A stretch of 64,000 nt of DNA, taken from the NCBI GenBank assembly GCA_008632985.1, contig QPGO01000026.1, positions 124,001 to 188,000 on the forward strand, read 5' to 3'. The stretch is from Psammoneis japonica. Its lineage: Eukaryota. Within the stretch, counting starts at the first letter, position 1. Every line of letters begins with the position of its first letter. Below, in pieces: positions 35,781 through 48,450 of the stretch. Both the position numbers and the translations under genes were made by a program. The notes under the pieces are model-generated. The model was not told where the DNA came from and ran no database searches. It was given only the letters and a program-made list of their open reading frames with translations.

Positions 35781-37760
35781 ATGCCTACCGTACAGCAAGA
35801 AACTGGTCGAAGCATCATGCCCGCTGTCGGAAAGAAGCGTCCACAACAGCGACCACCAAGAGCTTTGTTGGTAGTGGCATCTGTTGTTCTGGGTTCAATG
35901 ACACTGGGGCAGCTCTCAATAATTGTCGCTACTGTCTCTTCGAATTATTCAAATGAAGAAAATGACTCGAATGGTGTTTCGACGAATGAACCATGGCAGG
36001 CCAATTCAGGTGCAGATGACAGACCCAACAACGTGGTGCGGCGGCTGAAAATGTATGATCAAAAACAGGTCGAAGAATCGCAGCAGCATGGTAGGAAACT
36101 CGACATTTCCATGGAGTGGAAACGGGTTGGGGGAGACGTCTTGGACAGAGAAGACTTGAGGCTGAGTCAAGTTTCAAAAGACGGAAAGCGCCTGTTTGGT
36201 TCCATCAGAACCACTTACCATAGCGAGGATAAAGGCGCAGCCTTTGAACGTGCCTTTGAACTTAGAGATGGAGTCTTTGGTACGCTTTTCTGGTTTAAAA
36301 TGGAAGACCGGTTTGGAAAACACGCGGGTTACGCTGGGAGCTTTGAATCCGTATCTGCGGATGGGTCGCGTCTCGCCGTGGGCCATCCCAAGACCAAGCG
36401 TGAATGCAGTATCTGTGAGGACGATGATCGTTACCCACAATGGGATGATGATGGAGATGACGGAGATGACGATTACAACTGTTTTGACCAATGTAAAGAC
36501 TTTGGCTTGGTCAACATTCACGATTGGAACGGGCGACAGTGGAATGTCCAGGCGACCTTTAATGGTACTTATGTAGGCGAAGAAGTAGGACGCCAAGTGT
36601 CCTTGTCCGACAATGGCCGTCGCATCATGATTCTTACCGATACGCATGCAAAAATATATGACAATGTTGGAAGTTCATGGGAGCTAATTGGATCTATTGG
36701 TCATTCTATTGAATTTACAACAAGTTGGTATACAGAAGGAGTAAGGTTGTCGAGAAACGGCGAAAGTGTCGTTGTCAGTACGAGGCTGAACACTCGGTTT
36801 GCTGAGTTCTGGGGAAATTCGAAGGTTGAAGTTTATCGGCAGAGGAAATCGTCTTCTTGGACTCGTAGAGGAAGCAAGATCAATGGAACACTGCTGTCCA
36901 TGTCAGTTGACGCGAATAGATTGGCTATTGGCCCTCCAACCGCCAGCAGTGATCCGAAGTACATTCGAATCTATGACTGGAAAGCATCATCATGGCAAGA
37001 GACAACTTCGCTTAGGATCCTCGACGAGTGTGGCGGGCCACAAGTCAGCATGTCTGATGACGGTACTCGTCTACTGCTTGCATGCTCGATCAGTCGCGAC
37101 AAGAATGTAGCTCAAATGTTCAACCTTGTCGATTCGAATTGGATTCAGGAAGGCACCGACTTGGTACACGAGGGAGGAATCCAAGTATTCCATGGAGCAT
37201 TTGCTCTTATTAATTTGGTTGACAAGTATCCTTTTCGCTACACCCTTTTCAAATTTGAAAGCAGCACAAAGACGGATCCCTTACCGCCCAAGTTATACAA
37301 GGTCAATTGTGCCTACACGTCGTGCCTTGACAGATTGCTGAAGAAGTATTATTCGGATAGCACCGAACTGGCTGGGAAAAACAAAATCGCATATGACAAA
37401 ATCATCTTCTCTCGTCGTATTATGTCGAACCGTGGACAGGTCGTCCATTCTCTGTTTCGGCTCATGGAAGCCGCAAAGAATCTCGTAGACCTACAAAAGA
37501 CCAATTCCCGCTTTACCGAGATTGGAAGGGTCGCAAGCACTTGTTCCGTCAATCTCCTTCGAGATTTCATCAAGCGTATGAGAGGTAAGGGAATCATTGA
37601 AGAAAGTTTTCTCGACGAAATGGAAACCACATGGCTGACATGGGCCAAAGAGCAACGAGCTGCCAAAGAATTTAAGAAAAGTATCTCTAGAGTGCGACGT
37701 GCGTTTCGGCCAATGATGAAGAAACTAAAGAAAGATGCACTCCCGCTTTGCCCCAGTTAG
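35781..37760 (+). CDS. Type II membrane protein with beta-propeller-like (FG-GAP-like) repeats
   Basis: N-terminal TM ALLVVASVVLGSMTLG; repeats VSADGSRLAVG, VSLSDNGRRI, LSRNGESVVV, MSVDANRLAIG, VSMSDDGTRL; normal Tyr and TA content. Confidence 0.8.
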   Translation: MPTVQQETGRSIMPAVGKKRPQQRPPRALLVVASVVLGSMTLGQLSIIVATVSSNYSNEENDSNGVSTNEPWQANSGADDRPNNVVRRLKMYDQKQVEESQQHGRKLDISMEWKRVGGDVLDREDLRLSQVSKDGKRLFGSIRTTYHSEDKGAAFERAFELRDGVFGTLFWFKMEDRFGKHAGYAGSFESVSADGSRLAVGHPKTKRECSICEDDDRYPQWDDDGDDGDDDYNCFDQCKDFGLVNIHDWNGRQWNVQATFNGTYVGEEVGRQVSLSDNGRRIMILTDTHAKIYDNVGSSWELIGSIGHSIEFTTSWYTEGVRLSRNGESVVVSTRLNTRFAEFWGNSKVEVYRQRKSSSWTRRGSKINGTLLSMSVDANRLAIGPPTASSDPKYIRIYDWKASSWQETTSLRILDECGGPQVSMSDDGTRLLLACSISRDKNVAQMFNLVDSNWIQEGTDLVHEGGIQVFHGAFALINLVDKYPFRYTLFKFESSTKTDPLPPKLYKVNCAYTSCLDRLLKKYYSDSTELAGKNKIAYDKIIFSRRIMSNRGQVVHSLFRLMEAAKNLVDLQKTNSRFTEIGRVASTCSVNLLRDFIKRMRGKGIIEESFLDEMETTWLTWAKEQRAAKEFKKSISRVRRAFRPMMKKLKKDALPLCPS

Positions 37761-38551
37761 GGCGCAACTGTTTTAACCGATATAATTTATAATTTGCTTC
37801 TATCATCAAATTGTTTGTTCTTGAAATATCCATACCAAACGGCATCTGTCAACTAAACGTTTAATCCTGGAATGATCTCTGTTGCTTCATTACTTCAGAT
37901 TTACGTAACGTAAGACCGTGTATGAAAGAGCACAAATTGTGGGTCCGACCATGGACCCCTCCTTTATCAAGCTTTTCAAGGGACACCAAAAAACCAAGCC
38001 ATCAATTTGACAAATGAAGGCGTGAAGGTGTTCTTGGCGATGATCACGGAATTGGAGTTGGCGCTGATTGAAGATGGTGCGACCGCCTCAATAAAGCCAA
38101 GAAGGAGGAAGAAACTATGAGCGCACTGCTCGTCGAGCTTGCTTCTCAGCACCCCCCATGACACCCAACACCATGGCAGAGAGTATCCCTAACATTGAAC
38201 ATGACAACACCCGGCACCACACCAGTTCCACAAGAAACGGCTGACTTCCGGTTCGTCGTCTTCCACAGTAAATATCTCAAGACACCTACAGGGCCTTCCG
38301 CTTCTCTTGTCTGATCGAATATCGGTAGCGTCTTTTCGAATGCACAGTGTGGTGGACTTGTTACCATGATCATCAGCTACATTCAAACATGCCATACCGC
38401 TCTGGTCACATTGAATCGTCTCGTCAAATGTTTATGTCTCTTTTTTAAGCAAAAAGGAATCAAATTATTTGGTTTTAATCGTCCACTTGCAAGATACCTA
38501 GTAGTTGGGCAGAAACATGGCCCTACTCAAGCACATATGGCGTACTCCGTT

Positions 38552-39031
38552 TTATCCATGATGCGTCAAGGAGGTGTCGATTCCTTTCTTCTTGAAGGCC
38601 TCTTCAATGGCCTCCTGAAGAGCTGCATCTCCGCTGTTTGGTCGACAATTATTCGAGGGGGCCTGAGTGGCCGCAGACGTGAGACGCCGCAATTGAGGAA
38701 CGTCTGGATGATACAGACACGGAGAATTTGAATGTGCATCTGGAGGCTGCGGAGCAGAAAGCTCTTGCGACAATGCAGTTTTCAGATCTTTTTGTTCTTG
38801 AGCATTGCTCGCAATAGGATATGAAATCAAGGGGAGAATTGACAAAGATTGAATTACTCTCCTTCGTGTCTCGTCGATATCAAGGTTGCTTTGTCGTTCT
38901 GCAGAGAGTCTGCTGCAGCCGCAGCTGCGGTGGGAATCACCGTTGTGAAACACCATCCATGCCCTTGTTTCAGTCACCAACAAGAATATCCATAGACTCA
39001 TCCTACACAAACAATCGGTCAAAGAAGCCAT
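38552..39031 (-). CDS. Small putative thylakoid-lumen protein of unknown function
   Basis: Signal peptide ending TRA-W (ASAFAP-type cleavage), Ser/Arg transit region, twin-Arg TRRRVIQSL plus hydrophobic stretch plus ASNA cleavage site. Confidence 0.65.
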   Translation of the reverse strand: MASLTDCLCRMSLWIFLLVTETRAWMVFHNGDSHRSCGCSRLSAERQSNLDIDETRRRVIQSLSILPLISYPIASNAQEQKDLKTALSQELSAPQPPDAHSNSPCLYHPDVPQLRRLTSAATQAPSNNCRPNSGDAALQEAIEEAFKKKGIDTSLTHHG

Positions 39032-39190
39032 GTTCACCGTTCGTGTCAATGGGGGCTAAAGCAGAAGCACACTCTTCAACGACAGCGGTCAGTAACATTG
39101 TGACATGATGGCACAATAAACCCTTTCAGTTTTCAGAAAAAAGGCCAAACCACAGCATGCCGTACATAAAATACGTAGAATTCTACGTTT

Positions 39191-39398
39191 TGGGGGAAGT
39201 CTCCAGCCAGCTGCTGGCTGAAAAAAGTCTGCTCGTCAGTGCGTTCGGGGGTTTTGCCAGTACAATTTTTATGTACGAAAAAGACGTCGAGTCTGTCCAG
39301 CGCTCGCCAAAACCCCCTAACGCACAGATTGACAGACTTTTTCGGCACAAATTCTACACAAGATTCTTCAGCCAGCAGCTGGCTGGAGACTTCCCCCA
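39191..39398. mobile_element. 208-bp foldback MITE
   Basis: Perfect IR of about 32 bp TGGGGGAAGTCTCCAGCCAGCTGCTGGCTGAA, inner IRs AAAAAGTCTG and GCGTTCGGGGGTTTTG; GTTT on both flanks (4-bp TSD). Confidence 0.88.
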
Positions 39399-40630
39399 GT
39401 TTACACTTTACCGTCTTGTAAATCAAAATCACGTGGTGAAAGCATGGTGAAAAGTTTGAGGGGTGGAGAACGTCCACATGAGCAATGCATGCAAAGGTCA
39501 TGTAACTCGAAACTTTCGCTGGACAGAGTGGAGATGTCAAGGGGGGTCATCCCCGCGTTTGTCCTAAAATTGCCGTTGCATGCAGACCAACAACAATGAC
39601 ACAGCTGTTCAGGGGAAGACGCGTTCCAGCCCCAGGTGGGACTCCGTGTGACATTGGGCCCGTAGAATTCTACGTGCGAGCTCCGTAGTACGAGAATTTA
39701 ATTAATGGATATATTTATCTTCAACATCAAATAAACGGCCAAGTTTGTGGTACAATTATGCCTCTTACCACTCGACGTTTTTGCAAATGCACCTGCCCTA
39801 CGCGATTCTTAAGACATTATAGAATCGCGCTGTAACAAAAAATGTCAAAAGTTGTTGGACGGATCGCTCAATAAGTGTACCGTAAAATGGCACAAAATGT
39901 CAAAAAAATCACGTAGAAATCTACGTGCGCGACATACGACGTGATTCAAAAAACTATCGATGTCACAGTTCAGCAGTACGAGGTCCCACCTAGACCTGGA
40001 ACGCGTCGGAAAACTGTTCCTCAAATGACTGCCCAGGATCCTGAAGAGCACGTTGTCCAATGAAAGGATCACAAGTGCGCAGTGCTCTTCAGAGCACTGC
40101 TTGGCCAACTGTGCCATGCAACACCCCTCCCCCCAAGCATTTTCCAGCCCAAATTCCTGTCATTGAAAAATGTCAGCTCTGACATTTTCAACCCACACAC
40201 AGCAAAATGTGCTCTCTGGTGCAGCGGCGCCATTGTGAGCCACCTTTTTTCTTCACACCACCTGCCCGCTGGGCTCAAAAGAAGGCTGATCCAAGCTGAT
40301 TTGGCTCTGCACATTGTTTTTGCTTGCAGCACAGTTTTGCTGCAAAGCAACAGCCTCAAAGTCTTTTGAGAATGGAGTTGAGCCTCCTTGGCTGTGTCTG
40401 TTCCTGCACTGCACTGGGAAGGTGAGGCCACTGGCGCTGAAGGGAGAGTGTTTTTTTAAACTTTTGCCAGTGCTTCTCCATTTTTTGTTCTCATTGCATC
40501 AGTCTTTTGTTGCCTCATGTGTGCTGCAAGGCAACAAGAGACTGACGACAAAGTGCTCATGTTTAAAAAATGATGCAACGGTGGAGATTTTGTCATGGTG
40601 CAAAAAATGCTCCCTGTGCTTTGCGGCGAA

Positions 40631-40865
40631 AGTCATGACTCAATGTCATTCTGGTCACATCTCATGACTGCAACCCAGACTCAGCTTTTCTCCTCGAATC
40701 ATTTGGCTCAGCTCACAATCTGATTCAAAACCAAACCAATGACTTTCGTCACAATCTTTGGACAACAACTTTCAACCAGTGTCTGTTTGCTCTGCAGCCA
40801 TTCTCATTGCCACCAACCTCCAAGGTCTCATCCATCCTGCTGCGCTGCAGGACTGCATCTTGACT
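40631..40865 (+). repeat. 5' LTR (AGTCA...TGACT)
   Basis: Direct repeat of 47605-47839. Confidence 0.93.
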
Positions 40866-43800
40866 GGTTGTAGAGACCAAGCATTGCGAGTTGACGAGAG
40901 CTCCTGACCAAGTCATCATCACGGATGTGTTCAGTTTGATTTTGAAGCAAACCCGGGAAATTGCTTGAGCTTGCTTGCTTCTCCTGTCTTCATGCCAACA
41001 AGAACCTCCCATGCCACTCTCTCCACCAATGACAATGCCATGGCGCCAACGCTGCTGCCAGCGTTCCTCCACCTCCAACCAAGCCGTCACGTGGTGGCAC
41101 TCACCAAACCCACGGGGTTTGCATTGGTGGTTCCCAACTCAATGATGCGTGCGACCAAACCAACAACAGAACCCACCAACTCGCCTCTCAGCGCCATCAT
41201 CCCAAGGCTCTTGACTCAACAGAACAATCCCTCCGAGATCAACAAGCTTCTGCAATGACTTCCAAGTTCAACGGTCGACTTGAGATTTTGGACGGTTCCA
41301 TCAACGAGCTTGACAAGGACCACTTCGTCAAGACTGTTCGAGATCCAGCAGAAGCCCACGGTCAGCAGATGTTTTACCATGTCAAGAACAGCGACAACCA
41401 GGTTCAATGTTTCTTCGATCATCTGCACGAGTTCACTGTGACCGATCTCGTGAACAAGTGCAAGACCAGGAAAGCAGCCACCGATGACACCAAGTGCGAC
41501 AAGATCGAGCTTGACGATGTTGGGCTCTCTCAACTCCTCATTCAATTGAGAATCTCCAATGCCTTTTGCAAGAAAATCGAGACCAAGTTCAACCATCCCA
41601 AGGACTGCCACGACTGCCCAGGATCTGCCATGGTCATGATGGCTCTTGACACTTGCAATGCTGGCACTCTTGTGGATGTTGAGACAACTGAGAAGCAGCC
41701 AGAAGACCTTAGTTTGGTCAACTGTCCCGGCAAGGATTGCACGGACTTTGCTGCCGAGCTCTTTGCATCATGAAGATCATGCAGACCGACTGCACGCTTC
41801 CGGCAAACACAAGCTCCAAGCTGCTCCACAAGATTTCCAAGACGTCCTCTGAGTGCTTCAATCGGAAAGTCCACGGCAAGCTCAACGACATTAAAGCTGT
41901 GGAACGCAAGTGCCATCTCAAGAATCCTGCCGAAATCAAGTCTGACAGCGACCACAGCATGCTCGGACCGGTTGGCATCATCGCATGGATTCAAGAGCAA
42001 CACAACGAGCTCGTGAAGGATGGTGAGTGGCCTGCATTGGTTGCCAAGCTACCTGAGAGCAACCTTTCAACTGCAGAAAACCCTGGAAAGACGAGGCATT
42101 GTTTTGGCTGCGGTCTTGAGGGGTGTGCCAAGAAGACGTGCCCGAAGTGCAACGCCAAACCGCCGAGCGATGATCCTCCTCCAAATCCGCCACCTGCAGC
42201 CGACCCTTCCAAGAAGAAGCGGAGACCCGCCGCTGCCTGGCGCACTAAATTTGACGGAGAAACGAAGAAGGATGAGAATGGCAAGGAATGGAAGTGGTGT
42301 GCCACATGCATGGCAAAGGGTGCCAACAAACCTGGATTCTGCCAACGTCACTCCACCGCGGAACACACCGAGAACTTCAAAAGCACTCCCAAGGAAACTC
42401 CAGCGGGGAATTTGTCTTCCGTCACTGATCCGGATGGTGGTGTGCCCATGGGTCCGCCAGCTCAGACTGCCAAGGAACCAGAGGGAGACGAGTCCAATCT
42501 GGATGAGTTGGTTTTCACGGGAGTGTGGTGCGCGGCTACGGACGCCGTCACCGACCCGGATTTCTTCCCCAACCCTGTCACTGCGGCAATCATTGTTGCT
42601 CCGGCTTCTTTGGCCGAGAGGGAGAGCAACACAGTCGTTGGTGCTGAGGTGCTCTGCAACGAATCGAGCCCACCTGTGCTCACCTCAGTCGTGGCTCCAG
42701 TTGTGTCTCCCATCGTGGTTGAGACCATCACTCCCGAAGACGCCGATGACTTCTACAAACACTCCAACGCTTTATCTGCATTTGAAAACGAACCACCAAC
42801 TGTTGAGTTGTTTCTGGCCTTGAAGCTGCACTCTGTCAAGCATCCAGATGAGTTCTTTGACGCTCCCGCCAATTTGACGGACATGCTGTCAGACGACACC
42901 AAGTTAGACCTCATTCTTGAACACGAAGTACACTTTGAAGACGCTTGCCACAACTTGCCTCCGTGCGTTACACATCGTGGCTTCGACTTCTACGATCCAG
43001 AGACCCTGGATGCGGATGATTGTCACGAGGACGTCGAAGAAGGCCACACTTCGCATTGATCGTTTTTGGGACGGGTCAAGCTCTTCATCTTCTGGCTTGC
43101 TGCCATGTTTTGGGAAACGGCGCTGCATTTTTGTTTTGCTCCGATCCCTGGCATCCCTCGAGCTCTATGCCGCCAGTGCAAACTTCCAACCTTGCACGGG
43201 TTTCCAGCCTCCTGGATGGTCCTTTCCATTGCAGTCATGGTGTGGTCAGCAGTTTGCGCCGGTCACCAGCCCGAGTGTCCATTCTCGAACGTACCAAGCC
43301 GTTTTTCGACCGCTGGCTCTCAAGTCTACCATGTTGTGGAAGAGCCAGATGACCGGATAGTGTTGGATGTGGGGTCGCTGTTTGAACATCACAGGATCAA
43401 GGGAACGCAAGTGCTCACCGAGTTTGTTGTGCGCCATCCGTCACATGCACTGAGCACTCGTCTCAAGGCCTGCTGGGACACCCTAGAAGCAGTTGAACGG
43501 TCTGATGCGATAGACGAATCAGCCTTCTACGACACCCACGAGGAATTGGAACCTCTTGACGACCAGAAGCACTTCTTCGACGCTCTCGAGGATTTCAGCC
43601 CTGATTTCTTCCGGTTCGACGAGCTCTGTCTGCCCAACCACGTCGTGGACACTGCCCATTTTCAGGATCCTGTGGAACTGTTGGAAGACGCACGTGTTAG
43701 ACCAGTTGTCTACAACACCTCCACCATCCAACTGCTCACTGGACAATCTCAAGCCAACCTTCTTGCATCTGATCCGCAGGCACTCATTGGTCTGTCGGAC

Positions 43801-46800
43801 GGGGCCCTCACGGTCATCATGGACACTGGTGCAATGCCAGCTGTGACCCCTGACAAAGATGATTTCACGGGACCTGTGACTGTTCCCAAGAAACCCTTAC
43901 AGACAAATGGGATTGCCAACGGTCTTGCCATTCAAGGCACCGGTCCGGTTGTGTGGGTGTTCACAATGCCAAGCAGTGCCACCATCCAACTAAACACCAT
44001 GGTGCACCACGTCCCTGGAGCCCGTCAACGCCCACTTTCGCCTCAACGCCTCTTTGACAAAGAGAAGGGTGTGCGTGGGAAGTGTGAGGGCGATGAACGA
44101 ACTTTCTGTTCACACATTGACGGGACAGGCAAGTTGGTTGTGCCACATCACCAATCAAGCCACTCACCCATTGCGTCAATGACCAAGGGTGCATGGGAAG
44201 CTCCTCAAGTGAATCCACAAATCCTCAACAAGGAGAACCAGAATCTCACGGCAGGTCAGAAGCTTCTTAGCAAAATGCACGCCCATTTTGGTCATTTCAA
44301 CTTTGGCCGCGTCCAAGCACTTCTCCACGCAGCTCCGTTCCTGTCGAATTGTTTCAAGTCCGCAGCAAAGTGTGACCACCCAAGATGTGAAGCGTGCGAA
44401 TGTGCCAAAGGACATGGACGCTCTCTTGGATCTACCCACAAGTCGACAGTCCCTGAATGTGATGGGGCCCTTCGAGCTGACCATCTTCGACTGGGTCAGG
44501 CTGTCAGCGTTGATCATTTTGAGTCACGTCTTTTAGGCCGAACCTTTGACTCATGTGGTGAAGCCACGTCCAAGCAATTCAAGGGCAGCTGCATCTTTGT
44601 CAACCACGCCTCTGGCTGCATCCAGGTCAAGCATCAACTGGGTTTCTCCGCTGTTGAGATGACACAAGCAAAGCAAGTGTGTGAGAAACATGCTTTGGAC
44701 CACGGTGTCATTGTCCAAGAATTTCTTGCCGATGGTGGCGCTTTCAAGGCCAACGCTTTTGCACAACATGTCTGAGAGCATGAACAACATCTCCACTTTT
44801 GTGGAACTGACGCCCATCATCAGAACGGCATTGCAGAGTGGGGCATCCGAAGCATCTCCAACATGGCGAGAGCAGTGTTGCTTCATGTGTCAATCCACTG
44901 GAAGGGTGGGATTGACAGCTCCCTGTGGCCCATGGCTATTTCTCATGCCACGCACATCTGCAATGTCACCCCAAATTCCAAGGGACATTGCCCAGCGGAC
45001 ACATTCACCGGCTCGACAGTGCCTCAACATCGCTTGCGGGACATTCACACATGGGGATGCCCAGCGTGCGTGCTTGATCCGAAACTTGCCTCTGGCAAGA
45101 AACTCCCACGTTGGGAACCACGCACTTGTCGTGCTTTGTTTGTGGGACTCAGTGACATCCATTCCAGTGAGGTTCCTTTGGTCCTCAATCTTCAAACTGG
45201 AAGCGTTGCTCCTCAGTGTCATGTGGTCTTTGACAATCTCTTCACTGCGCACCATCAATCAAGAGGGAGACGGATCCACCTGATCACTGGGAACACTCAT
45301 GTCTCAACCAATCAACATGCATCCCTCTGGAGAAGGACCAGACCGCCCACCTGCACAATGAGTGGCTCACCCCTCCAGAGCGTCAATGCAAAGAGTGAGA
45401 ACTGGCCAGAGAGACACGCATTCAAGGCCATTTTGAGCCCACTCCATCAATTGCTGTGCCGGATCCACCCATTTCTCGCGACAACGTTTCCAATCAAGAC
45501 ATGCCTGCGACTCAACAACCAATGCCACCAGTCCCACCCATGACTCAAATCCCCACAGACTCTGCAGATTTCACGCCAATTCAGCCACCTGAACCTCAAG
45601 ACAGTGACGAACTTCCGCCACCCGAAGCGCCAACGGAACCACCAGCTCCTCCCCCAGTCAAGACACCTCCTGTGACAAATCCAGAGGGAGCATCAGGGCT
45701 GCGATGGTCTTCAAGGTCAACCAAAGGACAGTTCAACTCTGCGAACTTCATTGATGAAGTCCACCTTAGCTCCGTTGAGGAAACACCCATGCCGATCGGA
45801 CACCAAGCTCAGCCAGCTCATCTGGCGACTCTTGAGACGGATTTGGACAGTGGTGCCATCAATGTTGATGATCCCTGAGCCTGCACAGCTAGCAAGAAGA
45901 CCAAGGACCCTGACATGCCTTTGCTGCACAATGCTCTGAAAGGTCCAGACGCCAAAGAATGGATTGAGGCGATGAAAATTGAAGTCAACGCACTCATGCA
46001 TCGTCGAGCCTGGAAAGCAGTCAAGCGTCAGCCGCACATGAATGTACTTCCAGGTGCATGGGCACTTAAACTCAAGAGACTCCCCCATGGAACCCCTCTG
46101 AAGTGCAAGGCCCGACACTGCGTCTGCGGTGATTTGCAGAAAGAGGGAGTGGATCATTTTGAAACCCACGCACCGGTCGTGCAATGGTCCAGCACCCGAC
46201 TCATGCTCACTGCAGCATTGAAGGAAGGATGAACTGCACGTCAGGTGGACTGCACCACAGCCTTCTGCCAAGCTGATGTCGCCGAGGAAGTTCACATGAC
46301 ACCGCCGAAGGGTTTTGCGCCAAGGTCGGGACTCAATGCGGTCCTCAAACTTTTGAAAGGACTGCACAGCCCAAAGCAGTCTCCAAAGGGCTTCTACGAG
46401 AAGTTACGAGCTGGTTTAGTTGAGCGCGGATGGGTGCCTTCAGCTGTAGACCCCTGTTTGCATTTCAAAGAGGGTGTGATGTGTGTGGTGCACGTCGACG
46501 ACACAGCATTTGCTGGAGCTTCAGCTGAAGCTCTAGAAGAAGAAATTCGCAAGTTAGGAGTCTCCGACGACGAGCATTGACACGCATTTGAACTCAAAGA
46601 CGAAGGAGAAGTCGGCAACTTTCTCGGCATCAAGATCAAAAAGCTCTCTGAGGGTTGATTCCTGCTCACTCAACCTGATCTAATTGACAAGGTCCTGCGC
46701 ACCGCACAGATGCAGGATTGCAATGGAGCATCTGCTCCAGCTCTACCTGTGGCTGTTGGTGCCGACACGGATGGCCTGCTGCCTTTTGATGAACCCTGCG

Positions 46801-47604
46801 ATTGTTGCTCAGTTGTTGGAATGTTGATGTGCTTGGCAGCGAACAGCCGGCCAGACATTGCGCATGCTACACATCAAGTGGCTCGATTTTTGTTTGCACC
46901 CCGAGCATCCCACGCTGCTGCAGTGAAGCGGATGCTCCAATGCCTCAAAGCTGCTGCTGCTGAAGGTCTCATTCTCAAGCCTGCGCAAGATCATCGAGTT
47001 GATTGTTGCGTCGATTCTGACTTCGCGGGGTTGTTTGGTGTGGAAGATGGTCAGGACCCAGTTTCTGTCAAGTCCAGGACTGGATGCCTTGTCTGCTGCG
47101 CCGGCTGCCCGCTTGTCTGGGTGTCCAAGCTGCAGACTCTTGTGGCATTGTCGACTGTGGAAGCGAAATGTGTCGCACTTTCTCAAGCCATGCGCGATCT
47201 CATCCCCATTTGTGAAGTTCTCAAGGAGCTCAACCACCAGGCACTCGGAAGTCTGACCACCAAAACCTTGTCACGACTCACACCAAGGCTTTTGAGCTTG
47301 CAAACCAAGGCACCGATGATTCGCCTGTTGAGCAGAATGTCCCACCTGTGTCCATTGTGTGCAAAGATAACTCTGCGTGCCTCAAGTTTGCACGCATGCC
47401 CAAATTGTCTCCGTGAACCAAGCACACTGGTGTTCCGCACCATTGGTTTAGGACCAAAGTCGAACAATTGGAGATCAACATCCAACCTGTCAGCACACTG
47501 GAGCAACTGGCCAATCAATTCATGAAGGGACTACGGACCGATGCATTCTGTGCAGCTGGGCTGGCTCTTGTGGGCTGGCAAGCTCTCTCAGTGTTGAGAG
47601 GGAG

Positions 47605-47839
47605 AGTCATGACTCAACGTCATTCTGGTTGCATCTCACGACTGCAACCCAGACTCAGCTTTTCTTCTCAAATTGTTTGGCTCAGCTCACAATCCAATTC
47701 AAAACCAAACCAACGACTTTCGTCACAATCTTTAGACAACGACTTTCAACCAGCGTCTGTTCACTCTGTTGCCATTCTTGTTGCTGCCAACCTCCGAGGT
47801 CTCATCCATCCCACTGCACTGCAGGACTGCATCTCGACT
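47605..47839 (+). repeat. 3' LTR (AGTCA...CGACT)
   Basis: Direct repeat of 40631-40865, immediately after the PPT. Confidence 0.93.
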
Positions 47840-48450
47840 GCAAAGCGTTGGCTTGACAGATTTTGCAGATTGGTTGAGGGTTGCACATCAATTGCACGCA
47901 CTTTCAGACCATGTGTGTCCAATTTCACACAAAAGGCAGGGCCACAAATGTCCAGCCAAAAGGAAGAGGCATGCGGAATGACCATTGATGTGACAGCTTT
48001 AGCAAGTGCTTTTCTGTTTTCACAGACAGTCTCACATCTCACAAAGTTTGTGCAAGAAGAAAGAAAAGAAAAGCAATTGCAACACAACTTTGCCATGAAA
48101 ATGCTGCCGCACATGACAGCAGCAATGGCTGGCACTCCTGCGTGCATGTCTCTGCCACCGTGACAACAAAGTGGGATTGGCTTCACTGGCAGCACAATGA
48201 GGAAAAGCAACAAAGAGAACAACCCCATGAAAGCCAGCCTCCACCACCACACCAAGTCAGATGCTGCTGCCCAGAACCAACAAAATGGCTCATTTTCCTG
48301 AGAGTGCTCCAGGATTGCCGGCAGCAGATGAAGCAGTTGGGGAAGGTGGAGAAGGAGAAGGAATCATGGCTGCATGTTTTTCTGCATGCAAGCGGTGTGT
48401 TTGTTTGACACATCTCACTGTGGGACGCTGCATTTCTCTGTTTTATTTAG

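Larger units (their letters stand above)
40631..47839 (+). mobile_element. Full-length Ty1/copia LTR retrotransposon, inactivated
   Basis: 235-bp LTRs 40631-40865 and 47605-47839, TSD GCGAA/GCAAA, PPT TGAGAGGGAG. Gag knuckle CFGCG...C, protease-like MDTGA, integrase VSVDHFES...AHHQNGIAE, RT KARHCVCGD...VHVDD, RNase H DCCVDSDFAG. Order INT-RT-RH; multiple stops and frameshifts. Confidence 0.95.

Noticed and set aside
37976..38395. Possible small minus-strand gene between the propeller and lumen-protein genes
   Set aside because: Short discontinuous ORFs with no recognisable motif or convincing splice model.
39121..39135. piggyBac-like CCCTTTCAG left end
   Set aside because: Preceded by TAAA rather than TTAA, and I found no matching right end in the window.
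40631..47839. ADAR-type RNA editing of retroelement transcripts
   Set aside because: It would give A to G on one strand only. Here both A to G and T to C occur within single elements, differ between LTRs, and affect DNA transposons.
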